Assembly (NCBI RefSeq): GCF_036321535.1
Contig: NC_087437.1
Location: 110,362,001 to 110,426,000 of the forward strand
From: Camelus dromedarius
Lineage: Eukaryota
DNA length: 64,000 nt
Direction: 5' to 3'
Both the position numbers and the translations under genes were made by a program. The notes beneath the pieces are model-generated. The model had not been told where the DNA came from. It saw only the letters and a program-made list of their open reading frames with translations, and made no database searches. Shown here piece after piece: positions 26,535-39,532 of this stretch. Within the stretch, counting starts at the first letter, position 1. Every line of letters starts with the position of its first letter.

Positions 26535-27025
26535 TCTTCTAAAAATTAATCATGGTACTTGTTAAAGACGGTAAGGCCAACTTTATTCAAGGGGAGCTAT
26601 TATAATATGGTAGTGTGGGTTTTGTGATAGTGGAGGGAGATTGTGATCAACTCTAAATACAAGAAAAAGTGGGAATTTTCAGTCAAGGAGCAGGATGAAA
26701 AATTACTAAGAGGAAGTATCAAGGGTAAGGGAAGAGGGTGTTGGTTTTAGTCTAATCCAACCTAACAGGATTCTTGCTGAAGGCAGGACAGAGAGATCAG
26801 ACATCACCCGGGAGATGGTAGAAGACAAGGTCCCCAATCAGATATTGAGGGTGATCAGACATTGAGGTTAGGGAGTGAGGGGAGTTCTGGTTTAATGACT
26901 CAGCAGTTTCCTTGCTAAAATTGGACAATGCAGAGACAAACACAGAAAACCAAAAATAAGAGCCTCATTGGGAATAGAGTTCAGTGGGGCCTGACTAAGT
27001 TTGGTCAAGGAGAAAATCTCTGTCA
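26535..27025 (-). mobile_element. ERV1 solo LTR (MER31-like)
   Basis: AAAATTACTAAGAGGAAG...CAGGATTCTTGCTGAAGGCAGG...TTTGGTCAAGGAGAAAATCTCTGTCA; 4-bp TSD GATG. Confidence 0.8.
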
Positions 27026-27689
27026 GATGAACCTGCCTCTTTCCCTTCCCTTTCCTTACTTCTTCACTGGCTTTCTACCTCTGGACTGTGCAGCTTTGCA
27101 TAGCTTACTCCTCCCTTCATTCTAGAACAGAATATCAAATTATTTTTGAAATTTATGAAGAATTATACTGAAAAATACTCTATAATTGATAACTCTGAAT
27201 TTCTAAGAGACAGTTGAAAGACTGTCCCTGAGAGAGGTGAGGAAGGGAAATTATCATTGCTTCATCCTCTTGGTAGATCCTGACCAAGCAACATCCACAA
27301 CCCACTCCTCCATCTCAGGATTATGTTTCTGGACTCATAGCCTGCACATTCATGAAGTCTCTCTTGAGTGTCAAAAAAAGGAAGAAAGAAAGAAAGAAAG
27401 AAAAGAAACCAACCCGAATAGTGACATTTTCTGATTTGAATGAAAGACTTTCAAAAGATCTCACTGTCATGATTACGGATTCTTTATTTTAATCTAAAGA
27501 AACATTCAGTCTTTTCATTCATGTTATATTATCAGGAACTCAATATGAGCTCAGTGCTGTGCTTTATTTTAGGGACACAGTGGTGAACAAGACAGATAAT
27601 ATCCCTTTATGGAGCATACAGTTCTACAGAATGAAATTAGAGTCATCTCTGTTTGGTGGGAGGCAGGCAGCAAGACTTCAGCATCAAAC

Positions 27690-27860
27690 ACATCCAGGTT
27701 AGGAACCCAGCTCTGCCGCTCTCCAGCTTTGAGATCATGAGCATGTCACTGAACTTTCTGAATTCCAACTTCCTCATGTATAAAATGAGGATAACAGAAC
27801 CTGGAATGAAACCAACCTCATGGGGTTGTGAAGAGGAATACTGAACATAGGACAAGCCCA
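27690..27860 (+). mobile_element. MIR SINE
   Basis: CCCAGCTCTGCC...TCACTGAACTTTCTG...CTCATGTATAAAATGAGGATAA...GGTTGTGAAGA. Confidence 0.75.
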
Positions 27861-29649
27861 GGAATGTATTAAACTGAACATTAGTTCTTTAGCCTAATTA
27901 TTTTTGTCATTAAAATGACTGAAAATTTATACTAGAATATGCTCAAGGTGATGGCCTCACCTAAAATCTTGAATAAACCCACTTCAGAAGTTTCTCAATG
28001 TCATAAGAGATCAATGGGATGAAAACATTTAGCTCAAAAGTCATTATGCTCATCTAGAGATGTACACAAGATTGGCTGGTTGGTTGGTTTTAAGTATGAC
28101 TTACTTGCCACCATCACATGAGTTGAACATGCCCACTGGCAGCAGTTATCACATTTTGGATGGCTCTGAGAAATGTCATCCTTTGGCTGAAGGAGAATTG
28201 TGGGAAATTGAAAATTAGAGCCACGTAAATAGGAGGCATTTCCAGTTTCTTTGCTTTGCAACCTGTGACTGGAGTTTTGGGCAAAAGAGCAAGCAAAACC
28301 TCTTTTGGATAAGGAAAAAAATTCACTTTGAATAATTTTATCAAATGCCAGTGTCACCCATTGATTCCTCAGTGTTTTATATTTATGTTCTTTTAGTATT
28401 TTCAGTAAATGAAGAAGTCCAAATACCTTGTCAGGTATTTGATAATCTTCTTTAGGCACCTATTGTAGCTGAAAGCTTTTTTTTTCTTTCTTTCTTTCTT
28501 TCTTTCTTTCTTTTTTTTTTTTTTTTTTTTTTCAGGTCTGGAAAGCAAAGCCAGTGTGAGTCATTGAAACTAATGACTTACTGCAACTGTGAGATTTCTC
28601 TGTACTGGGAAGGTGCTTCTCTTGATCTCTCTTCTTGCTGAGAGATTACTCATAAATCTAACTCGGAACGGACCCTGCTTAATAAGATCTATGGGAATAG
28701 AAGTGAATCTTACTGTGCTCTAAGAAGTAGAAAACTTGAGGACAAAGATATAGAAGCAGAAGAGAAGAAGACGCAGGCAAATGCAAAAGTGAAACAGGGA
28801 AAATCAGTTGGTCAGTTCTTATATGCAAGAACAATGTAAATATGGTACAAGACCTCCTACCTGTGTTAGGCTCCCTACAACTCTGCCATCTTCACATTCT
28901 CCATTGTAATTTCGTGGCCAACACCTTCATTGGATAGTGTAATCTAATATTCTGGTCACATAAAGAGTAACATTGGAAGAACATTTCTACATCAACCTGT
29001 GAGAGAGAGCAGATATTAGATGCCGTCAAAATAGCCTTTGGAGAATACTTGGGAAGTGTTTAACAGGGTGTCATTAATAGATTTACTATCAAAGTTAGCC
29101 TTGGAAAACTCTTTGGGACTTTAAAACTCTCCTGTGAACCAAATGGATAAGTACAAATCAACATTTATATATTCAGCTATGACTAATGAATCATTACTTC
29201 TGAGTAATCAAGGAATTGGGAAGCCAAACAGTTAGGGTAGGGGGCTTAGGATACTGGACAGAAAGCTGGAAAACAGGAGGTAGACCTTAGTGAGAAACAT
29301 GAGTACACTATTGATACAGAGAATGTGAAAATGTGAAAAAAAAAATTTTAAAGAATTTGCAACATTTGAAACCCCTCCTTTGTGGAGACAAGATGGTTAT
29401 GGAAATGAGTCAATAAGAAAACAGCTAACTGAGTAGAGATAACACTGAACACTGGATTCAGACAAAGGTTATGCAATGTGATTCTGCCAATGCAACACTT
29501 AATCTCATAATTCAAGAAAGTACTCCAGAATCTTCTCCAGCCAGGCCTTTCTTCCAGGAAGAATTACTCTGAAGCATCCTAAAATATAGGAGGAAAATAT
29601 TTTCTCTCTCTATCTCTCCTTCTCTCAAAGATTCCTCTGCAGATGTGTC

Positions 29650-30425
29650 TTTTTTTTTTCATTTTTTATTGACTTATACTAATTTTACAATGTTGTGTCA
29701 AATTCCAGTGTAGAGCACAATTTTTCAGTTATAAATGAACATACATATATTCATTGTCACATTTTTTTTTTGCTGTGAGCTACCACAAGATCTTGTATGT
29801 ATTTCCCTCTGCTATACAGTATAATCTTGTTTATCTGTTCTGCATATGCCTGTCAGTATCTACAAATTTTGAAGTCCCAATCTGTCCCTTCCCACCCTCC
29901 GCCCCCTTGGCAACCACAAGTTTGTATTCTATAAGTCTGTTTCTGTTTTGTATCTATGTTCTTTTTTTTTTTTAGATTCCACATATGAGTGATCTCATAT
30001 GGTATTTTTCTTTCTCTTTCTGGCTTACTTCACTTAGAATGACATTCTCCAGAGACATCCATGTTGCTGCAAATGGTGTTATGTTGTCGTTTTTAATGGC
30101 TGAATAGTATTCCATTGTATAAATATACCACAGCTTCTTTATCCAGTCAGCTTTTGATGGACATTTAGGCTGTTTCCGTGTCTTGGCTATTGTAAATAGT
30201 GCTGCTATGAACATTGGGGTGCAGGTGTCTTTTTGAAGTTGGGTTCCTTCTGTATATATGCCCAGGAGTGGGATTCCTGGGTCATATGGTAAGTCTATTC
30301 CTAGTCTTTTGAGGAATCCCCATACTGTTTTCCCACAGTGGCTGCACCAAACTGCATTCCCACCAGCTGTGAGGGAGGGTTCCCCTTTCTCCATAGCCTC
30401 TCCAGCATTTGTTATTTTTGGACTT
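29650..30425 (-). mobile_element. Young 5'-truncated L1 (ORF2 C-terminus, 3' UTR and polyA), camelid-type
   Basis: ORF 29972-30394 is the L1 ORF2 C-terminus ([14 protein letters not shown]...[15 protein letters not shown]...EYYSAIK); poly-T at 29650. Confidence 0.95.
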
Positions 30426-31483
30426 TAAATATTCAAATCATGTATCTCAGTTCTGCTGGCTCTACTCAGCAGGGAAACTGTAAATACACATAGCTTAGTT
30501 TTTCAGGTAATTAGGAGAAATAAACAATTAATCAGAAAGTAGGAAAGACAAACAACACTTTTCTTCATGTGTGACATTCTGAGATGAATCCAAGTAATAA
30601 AATGCACAGATATCAGGCTTCCAATCTGCAAATGGTTATGAATTAAAGAATAGTTAGGTGTTAGCCAATGGATATTTGATGTATTTTTCATGTTTATTGA
30701 GGAAATTTGTCTTATAACACAGTCATATTTATTGCATGTCTACTCTACTATATGCATAACCTGGCCCAACTCAGTAGCAAAACTCATGTACAAAGTAGAA
30801 ATAAATACCTAACTACGCTCCCTAAATACCACAGCTCAGCTTGAATGTAGCATCAAATGTTCTTCCTACTCTTTCTTTTCACTTTCTCTTTAAAATGGTA
30901 TTTATTCTGTTTTCATTTTTATGACTCCTATATAAATATAGATGAAACATCTTAGTTCCTAGATTGAAAATAAATAGAAAAAGCAAAAAGGATAAAAAGC
31001 CATGACTAAGGACCCTGTTAGTGTCCCAAACTGGTGACCCCCAAAATAAATTACTTATGGAGAATTTTTTTAAATACTAATTTTCAGACCCCATAGAATA
31101 TCCTCCTATCAGAATTTCCAAGTTGGGACCTGAGTCATGCATTAAAAAAAAAAAGTAAGGAAGTAATAGAGGTGAATTACAGTTAAAAACAACCGACTAA
31201 CGTAAAATCATGAAGGATATTTTCTCATTACACAGGAAAATATAAATTTATAAAATCATCCCAAAACACATCTTTCTTAAGCCGAGCGTGTCATCAGAAA
31301 CTTCAGCCCAAGAGCCGTGGTTGAGAGGTGCCAAGCACAGACTTCGAACCTCAGTGCACGTCTTGTACGTCTTTGGGGATATGAAAGAATCCTTCTGCCC
31401 TTATCGTGTTGAGATGTAGATGATATTCCTTTACCAGTGTTCCCATTACCTGAACATAAATAAATAAATAATAAGTAAGTGTG

Positions 31484-31516
31484 AGAGTGTGTGTGTTTGT
31501 GTGTGTGTGTGTGTGT
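31484..31516. repeat. (GT)n microsatellite
   Basis: Direct observation. Confidence 0.9.
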
Positions 31517-31597
31517 AATGGCCTGAAACAGTTCTTGTTAAAGCGTGGGCCTCAGAACACCTGACCTAGAATCCCTGGGGTACTTTTAAAAACTTTA

Positions 31598-32242
31598 GCT
31601 TGCTGGTTCATCCATGTTGTTTCAAACGACAAGATTTCTTTCTTTGTTAGGGCTGAATGATATTCAGTTGTGTATATACCACACTTTCTTTATCCGTTCA
31701 TCTCCCCACCGACACTCAGGTTGTTTCCATATCTTAGCCAGTACGAGTAATGCTGCAATGAAGACGAGAATGCCGGTATCTCTTAGCGATAATGATCTCA
31801 CTTCCTTTGGGTCTATACGCAGAAGAGAGTTTGCTGGATCATATGGTAGATCTATTTTTAACTTTTTTGAGAAAACTCATATTGTTTTCCCTAGTAGATG
31901 AACCAGTTTCTATTTCTGCCAGCAGTGTATATAGTCTCACTTTCCTCCACATTTTTGACAACCCTTGTTATCTCTTAGCTTTTTGGTAAGAGCTATTCTA
32001 ACAGATGTGCAGTGATAACTCATCGTGCACTTATTTTATTTCCCTGAAGATTAGTAATGTCAACATCACATACCTGAGAAAAAAATTGGTAATTATCTGA
32101 GGTGAATGATATGTCAATTAGTTTGATTGTGGTAATCACCTCATAATACACATGTCAATATACACATATCAAAGTCTTGTTATGCATCTTAAATATATAA
32201 AATGTTTATTTGTTAATTATACCTCAATTAAGCTGGAAAAAA
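31598..32242. mobile_element. 5'-inverted L1 (antisense ORF2 end plus sense 3' end) inserted in a MER5-type MITE (31529-32366)
   Basis: About 31600-32060 is reverse L1 ORF2; about 32075-32242 is a sense L1MA-type 3' end ending ATACCTCAATTAAGCTGGAAAAAA; TSD AAAAACTTTA/AAAAAATTTA. Confidence 0.8.
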
Positions 32243-33882
32243 TTTATATTTCTGGAACACACCTCAGATATACCACGTCAAAATTCCTGGGGGTGAGGCA
32301 TAAAAACTGACATTTTAAGCCAGCTGCCAGGTGATTCTCCTACACATCGCAACTTCAGAAGCACTGGACTAGCTGTTCTCTGAGGTCTCTTCAATCACAA
32401 ACTTTATATAACTCAATCATCATTCTAGAACTCAAACAGACCCTTTCTAACTTCAATCTGACCCTCTAATTCCTGGAAAGTCCCTCTTTTCCTATTGTAT
32501 TCTAACCTACATGTTTGATTAAACTACAATTCTTAGTGTGAATTAACATGCGCTGCTAGAAAGTTCCAAACTGGACATTTTATTGGCTATACCGATGGTC
32601 TCCTGGGAAAAAAAATCTACTAAGTAAATCCTTGAACAAGATGTCTTTTGAATTTTTTATCATTTGGGCGAAATATGGTGGAGAAAACACTCTTTTTTAA
32701 AGTGATCTCTCCAAAAAGCTTTTACATTTTGAGCTACAAGGTGATCATATGCAACACAGCCACATGCAGATATTCCATAGAAGAGCAGGGTTAAGCCACA
32801 TCCTGCTGTCACCAAGAATATTTGTACTATATATAAAATGTTTTCTACGAGAGGATTGAGACATTTTTGACTTGGCTTATAAAAAGAATATTACTCTCTT
32901 CTCCAAAGGAACACAGAGAAAGGCTGATATAGCTGCAGGTCTATGAAAAGGTGCTCTTTTAAGGAGTAAAACCCACTCCCTGGTATCGATTCCACAAAGA
33001 TTAAGAAGCTTTCTGTTGTTGTTTCTAAACTGGTATTTCTGAGCTGTAAAATAGATATCCGAGGTGGTTTGAATTGGGGAATTTATCCCTTCCCTCCGAA
33101 AGACTCTCAGACTCCTAAAAATATGTCTATGGCTATTCTAGATGCCCCAGAATCCTTAAATAGGGGACATGGCATCTTTTTCTACAATCATTAGTCCCTG
33201 TGAGAGGGAACATAGTGGGTTTCATTTGCACTAATATAGAAATAACTGAAGTAGTCCTTCAATGTTGGGTTCCGTGAAGACGGGCAGGAGTGATGAGATG
33301 AGGAGGGGCATTAAGCAATGAATGGTGTACCACTGGCGCCGGAATTGGAGGTGGATGTCATAGAGTTAAGGGGAGGTTAAGAAAGACCTTTTTTTTTTTT
33401 TTTAATCACAAGCAGCCCCCTCCTTCCTGCTGATCACACAAGATCAAGGATTATCTGCTTTCTCACTGCCTCTAACACCCACAGGAGGAAACAGTCGAGC
33501 GCTGCGTTCCCCACTCAATGTACCAAAAAATACCACGCCCAGCAAGAAAGGAAACTCCACTCAAGTGAGAATATTATGGTGGTTGAGACAAGTTATTGGG
33601 AATTTGACAAACACATCCACAGCTTGATTATGACAAGAGTCATGAACATGGTGAAAAATTCAAAAGTAATTCGTGCTGGGGCATCATGTTTCTGAAAACG
33701 TCCCAACAAATATCATTCAGGGAAGGCAGCTCGAGGCATCAAGGGGTTTTCATTTTCTTCCTCGGGACTCTGGTCCTGGGTCTGAACTCAGCGACTGGGA
33801 GGTGAGGAGCAGATGAGGATGTGGAGGTGCACCCTCAGCCTCACGAGAGAAGATTCCATGCCTCCTCGGGGATTGCAGCAAA

Positions 33883-34071
33883 TCAGTAGAAAAAGAATGG
33901 GCAGGATCTTCGGTAGCCGAAAGCCCCACAGCCATTGTAGCCGTAGCCGAAGCCATAGCCCACTGGGGAGTAGGTGCTGCCATAGCCACAGCCCACACTG
34001 TACCCCAGGGGGTAGCCGCAGCTGCCCCCGTAGAATCCTGGGAAGACAGCGTTGAGAAGCTGTTGAGGCAT
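33883..34071 (-). CDS. KRTAP8-1: Keratin-associated protein 8-1 (HGT KAP8), 62 aa, single exon
   Basis: Core AVFPG..GYPLGYSVGCGYGSTYSPVGYGFGYGYNGCGAFGYRR is the KAP8 signature; ACACCATG start; TATATAAA about 75 bp upstream; lies next to KRTAP7-1 in the same orientation. Confidence 0.96.
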   Translation of the reverse strand: MPQQLLNAVFPGFYGGSCGYPLGYSVGCGYGSTYSPVGYGFGYGYNGCGAFGYRRSCPFFFY

Positions 34072-34142
34072 GGTGTCTGGAGTGGAGGAGAGCTTTCAGA
34101 GGGCGTTTCCTAGGTGTGATGACCTCCTGGTCTCCAGCCTTC

Positions 34143-34170
34143 TTTATATACCCAGGCTACTGGGGTGTGG
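34143..34170 (-). promoter_or_regulatory. KRTAP8-1 core promoter: CCACACCC box plus TATATAAA
   Basis: Minus strand CCACACCCCAGTAGCCTGGGTATATAAAG. Confidence 0.85.
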
Positions 34171-34355
34171 TGCAGAACACACAGCCCTCATTTTCATTCC
34201 TGACACGAGTTTGCATCACAAATAGCTCATTAGTTTGATTTGCTTGCTTAAGATGTCTTTACAGTTGCTTAAGGAAGCTCTCACAAAGTGGAACACAGGG
34301 ATAGGATTCTTTTCAAACTGATTGTGCCCCTTCATTAAAGTACGCGTTGCAGTGA

Positions 34356-34363
34356 CTTCAAAG
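34356..34363 (-). promoter_or_regulatory. LEF1/TCF motif CTTTGAAG upstream of KRTAP8-1
   Basis: CTTTGAAG 285 bp upstream of the ATG. Confidence 0.55.
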
Positions 34364-34870
34364 CATTGGGTTTGGGTCTTGTAGGTCGGGATACGATCCT
34401 CTGTAAGCAGACTCTATAATACCAGAAATGTTCTTAGTTTGTTCATTGTTATGTAGTTCTCTTGCTCTCTGAATTCCACAGTACACAGTTGGAATTTAAT
34501 AAATGTGTGGTTAGATAAATAAATAAATGAAATAACAAATACATAGTGAGGCCACCTCAAAATCAAGGTATTTCTTAGTATTCACCTTTCTAAACCACTG
34601 CCTGAGCTAATAATCTTATAACTGTCAAAAACAGAGTTTGTGGATTAATCCTAGAAATAAATTGTCAAACAAATATGATCTGTTGGTCTAACATTCTTTT
34701 TAAAGTAAATATTGGAAACAATAGCATATCTTTTCAAGGGTGGTGACTGAGTCTGTGGGGCCACTCCAGGAGCCGAAACTATCATATCCCCTCCACGTGA
34801 ACTTCCTGCTGCAGATAATAAAGGCTATCGGTACCAAAGTAAGGAAGGATGGGTGGCCAGAAGTGGGGGG

Positions 34871-34968
34871 AGAAAGAAAGAAAGAAAGAAAGGAAAGAAA
34901 GAAAGGAAGAAAGAAAGAAAGGAAGAAAGAAAGGAAGGAAGGAAGGAAGGAAGGAAGGAAGGAAGGAA

Positions 34969-35045
<77 letters not shown>

Positions 35046-35105
35046 GAAGGAAGGAAGGAAGGAAGGAAGGAAGGAAGGAAGGAAGGAAGGAAGGAAGGAA
35101 GGAAA
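34871..35105. repeat. Compound (GAAA)n/(GGAA)n purine microsatellite
   Basis: About 235 bp of A/G only; source of the spurious K/E/R-rich and F/L/S-rich ORFs. Confidence 0.98.
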
Positions 35106-36409
35106 TAATGGGGTGAAAACATACAGAAAAATGAATGGGAAAAATTTACCTTAAAATGTGCACTATGTTTTTCCATTAGATCTAACAAAACCGGATTATC
35201 TGGCATATGTAATGATCTTAATAAAAAGCCAAGTGACAATATTAAATCAAAATCATTTCACTTTTAGAATGATCATGCACCCCAGGATAGGGAAGGAAAA
35301 CCATTCCTCTCTCTAAATGGAAACTTAGTTCTCAAATATGAATTAAAGGAAGAGTAAGACTGGTCAAAACTATCTTGGGTCACACAAGCCCTAATAAATT
35401 ATTCTCAGATACCTGCATTGGGATTCTTCAGAATGGGACTTAAAAGAAAACTCACAGAAAATACAGCAAAAGAACACACGTGGCCAGAAATAGAAAGGCA
35501 AGGCGCTGCAAGGAACCATTCTTAGAAAGACATAGAACAGATACATATCACCTACTGGCCCCCAGAATGTTCCCTTAGATCTCAGAGGTAACTTTCCTTC
35601 CTGTTACCAGCAGCTAAGAAAGACCTAAATTTCTGGAAGCATATAGAGGTCACAGGTTGACTCCAAGGACAAGGTGAAACACTTGGAAGAAATACAAAAC
35701 TCTGGCAGTATTCTAACTGCTAAATAGTTAATTATAGCAGAGGTATTTTTGAAAATATACAGGGCTGCGCCAGCATCCTTCTTCATGAACAAAGCTGTAT
35801 GGCCACCTAAGGTGATTCACTATTTAAAATTCAAACACTTCATGTGACTTATAGCTAAATAACCCAGGGAATTAAAATTAGCTTCACTTATAAAATATAT
35901 TCAACATCAGATCCTCTCTAAAAACCATAAAATAATTTTCTTTTTATTTCTGCTGTCATCACATTGCCCTGCTCCATGAAAAAAAAAAAAAAACTGGCAA
36001 CATCTGGAAAAAAGAAAAATTAAACCAAAAATAGCATTGTATTGGAAAAGATGGAAAGGCGAGAGAATGAATTCATGCCAAAGTTCAATTATGATGTTTA
36101 AATGAGTTCCTCTCCCACCTGCCCACCCAATCGGACAAGATGTTAGCTTTGTGGTGCAGGATGGAATACTCAGCTCTGTATCTAAGTAGTCATGATGAGT
36201 AAAAATTAAAATATGTAGTTTTTTTAAGAACTTAAGCCCTAGTTACAAAGCACATCTTGAATTTTCTCTAGAAATTCTGCAGAAAATCATAACACAAGAA
36301 AATTTTAGGGCAACACAGGATTTATAAAGTCATTTAAAAATAAAATTAATAGCTAGCTTAAACATACTTTAGGTCTATGAAATCTTTATTCCAGTATAGA
36401 TTTATCTCG

Positions 36410-37075
36410 AGAGAATCCAGGTTTTGTAGAGCCTGAAGTTTATACAATGTTAAGAACCTTCTTTACAAAAAAACAGTACACCATAAAAATATAAAACTCA
36501 TTCAAAAATAGGCATGTGTTAAAATGCTAAAAGAAACTGCAAATAATTAAACAGTAACAAAAATCACAAATATTACAAAATTCTGAAAAAAAAAATTTTA
36601 CTACATAACTACCTGACACACTTCTATAATGTTTTTTTCCATGGACTAGCTTCTGGCTTCACCATTTCAAAATTTTCTCCTCCACTATTCATTCTACACT
36701 GGATGCAATGGAGCAAATTCATGCTGAGATGTGGCGTCTGGTCTGCACACCCGTGTCACAAATTCTGGCTGAATTGGAAGAGTAGATGGGAGAGAAACTT
36801 TGGAAGCCATATCCATACAAAGATCGTTAGAAATAGCCCAATTAGACGCAAAAGCGACTGCAAACCACAGAAATCCATCCCCCCATATCCAAACTCAACT
36901 TCACCTCAGTCAGATCTCAAAGAGGTCCACGAACTTTCTGACACGTCCCAACCTGAAGGGACTGTGATTGTAGAGACTGCAGGTGGAAAGCAGCTGCAGT
37001 CTAAATCAATTGCAGTTCAAATGTCTTACTTTCGTGAATTCCTTAAAAAAAAAAAAATAGGGCCATGTGACCTGG
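36410..37075 (+). mobile_element. hAT-type DNA transposon relic (MER53-related 5' end)
   Basis: ATCCAGGTTTTGTAGAGCCTGAAGTTTATACAAT...CTTTACAAAAA resembles the MER53 terminus; right boundary uncertain. Confidence 0.5.
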
Positions 37076-38139
37076 AGGTTTGAAAAAGAAAAAAAAACTA
37101 TATTCTTACATATGAAATGACATAGTATTGGACTATGCATTGCTAGATATTTATCAGTCTGTATAAAGTCCATGACCATTTCTCTTTTAATAACAATGTT
37201 AAGATGTTATCTAATACATAATTTGATTATTTATTTCATATTTCCTTGATTTCAAATAAGGTTTGACATGAAGAAAGATAGGGGAAAACCTTGCTTTTCG
37301 ATTTTCTCCAAAAGAACAAGAAATGTATTGTGTATAGATCTTAGAAACAGAGTCAATTCCAGTGTGCACAATAAAATAGTTCTTATCAGTTTCAAATATA
37401 AAGTTTCCAGCTTCAAATATTATAATTCATTGGAAATGAGAGAGAAATTACAAGGGAATGTTTTAAACTAGTTTTAGAATATACGTCAGTGGTTACTCTA
37501 TGATACAAAAATTTTATTTGATTCCTCTTTTCAAACAGTCATTCTTAATATAAGTAGAGAGCATCTCCTATGTTCCAGGCATGTTTTTAGGTGCTAGAAA
37601 TCTAAAGATGAATTAGAAACAGTAATTAGATGGAAAATGGTAAATAAATGAAAATGCAATGTTCTGCATTCCACCCTGGAAATTCATGCTGCCCTCTAGT
37701 AGATTTCAGAGGGTGAAACAAAGAACAGACAATTCTATGTGAATGTAGTGGGAAGTGTCCATGGAAAACTTCATTATGAAATGGATAGACATTTGAGCTG
37801 GGTCTTGAAAATGTATTTTACTTGTAGACGTTAGTTAGGGGGATAGTGGATTTAAAGGATATTCCAGAAAGAAGAGGTTTGAAGCAAAGTCTCAAAGGTG
37901 TTAAATAGTACAATGCCTTCTAGGAGACACAGGTAATTCCATGGGGCTGTAGCCTTGGATGTAACAGGAGAATTACTGCAAGATGGAGCTGGAAAGACAG
38001 TGCCTATGAGACTGCATATACCGTGGAGGCAAAGGGAGCCGCCCACAGACGAAGCTGGGGGTGGCATGATCAGTTACATTTTACTCCGACGGTGTAGAGG
38101 ATGAATTAGAATCGGGATGTATGAAGACCAAGTTTAAAA

Positions 38140-38684
38140 TTGTATCCATTAGGAATGCTCTTGGCTGCAAGTAACAACAGCAACAAAAATAACCCAGCTG
38201 AAAATTGCTTAAATGAAAAGAGTTTATTTTTCACAAAAACTAGAAAACAAGAATGCAATCAATTCCAGGTTGCTTCAGGGCTTGACAGTGCCAGGGTTCA
38301 GAGCTGGTTCCGCTGCGCCTCTCTCAGCTGCCTCCTCAGGGCTGCAAGCTCACTGCTGCAGGGCTGTGCTGAACCTTCTTATGCATCAACATCCAAAAAC
38401 AAAAGGGGTTAAAAAAAAAAAAAAAAAAAACTCCTTCTCTCAAAGCTCCTTTTCATTGCACAATGAGAAGGAAACCATTTCTTTGTGTCTTCCAATGGAT
38501 TTCCTCCAGGTCCCATTGTCCAGAGTTAAATCATATTCCAGTGTTGAACTACAAGGGAAGCTAGAAAGGTGTGTATTGGGCACTTTCTGCCCATCTCGTG
38601 TGAAGCACATTCTGCCAGCATAGAAGGAGGGAGAAAAAAAGTCACTGGGTTGATAATCAGTAGAGTCATACACAAGCCATTGCA
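38140..38684 (-). mobile_element. Old MaLR LTR (MLT1J/K-like)
   Basis: TGTATCCATTAGGAATGCTCTTGGCTGCAAGTAAC...GCTTAAA...TTTATTTTTCAC. Confidence 0.7.
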
Positions 38685-39532
38685 CTAAGGTGGCAGTTTT
38701 AGCAAAAAGGTGAATTTAAGAAATGCTAGGGAGGTAGATGTAACACGTGGGTTAATAACCGTCTATCAGGCTCACATCCCTACCAGGAATTCGGATGCAA
38801 GACGTCCGTGGAAGACCCTGTGAGAAGGAATACCAAAGGGCGGTGCTTCCCAGTCTTTTTCCCATGATAGCACACAAAGTATGTTACATCTCTTTACAAT
38901 ATAGTGGGATAATCTGACAAGACTCACTGGGAAGAGATGACCATCCCAGGCGCCCTGGTACCCTGATCCTACCCAAATACCCAAACCAGCCGGGGGACTA
39001 AGAGCACCAAAACTGTTGCAACACCTGTAACCCAGTGCTGATGCCCTCCAATTGGAAAGCTCTGTAAGGAAGTTGGGACAACCAGAGATAATAAAATAGC
39101 CAGGAGAGACAGCCCCTAATCATTGCTGTAAGAAGCAGATTAAGAAAACCCTCAGGCTTCCAGAATGTAAAATTATCCCAAAGAAGATGTTGACTTAGAC
39201 CCTTGATTTAAAATCCTCCTAATGCTTTTGGGTTACTACTGTCTGGTAATCAGATACTGTGACCTTCAAAACATGACTTCTTTTCAGGTAATTTACTAAC
39301 TTGTATACAAAATTTAACTCTTTTTGTTTAGGGCCTCATATTCAGAAATCGCATCTGGTTTTTGATATGAAATCAAGACTGGCACCCATGCGGTGAGATG
39401 GTACCATCTGTATGGTAAGAATCAATCCCTAGGAATCACCCTCGACACCCCTGCATTTGCAAACTCAAGTCCTGCCACCTACTAAGAGTCTCCCGAATCC
39501 ATTAATTCCTACCCATCTCCGCTGCATTACTC

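Noticed and set aside
28034..28459. 141-aa ORF (likewise 7522-7905 and 36703-37083)
   Set aside because: No recognisable domain or gene context; lengths are compatible with chance or transposon-derived sequence.
29972..30394. 140-aa ORF as a host gene
   Set aside because: It is the L1 ORF2 C-terminus in a truncated retrotransposon copy.
33750..34055. Alternative-frame and antisense ORFs at KRTAP8-1
   Set aside because: Same shadow-ORF effect as at KRTAP7-1.
34700..35239. Four long ORFs (K/E/R/G-rich and F/L/S/P-rich)
   Set aside because: They are translations of the GAAA/GGAA microsatellite, which contains no stop codons.
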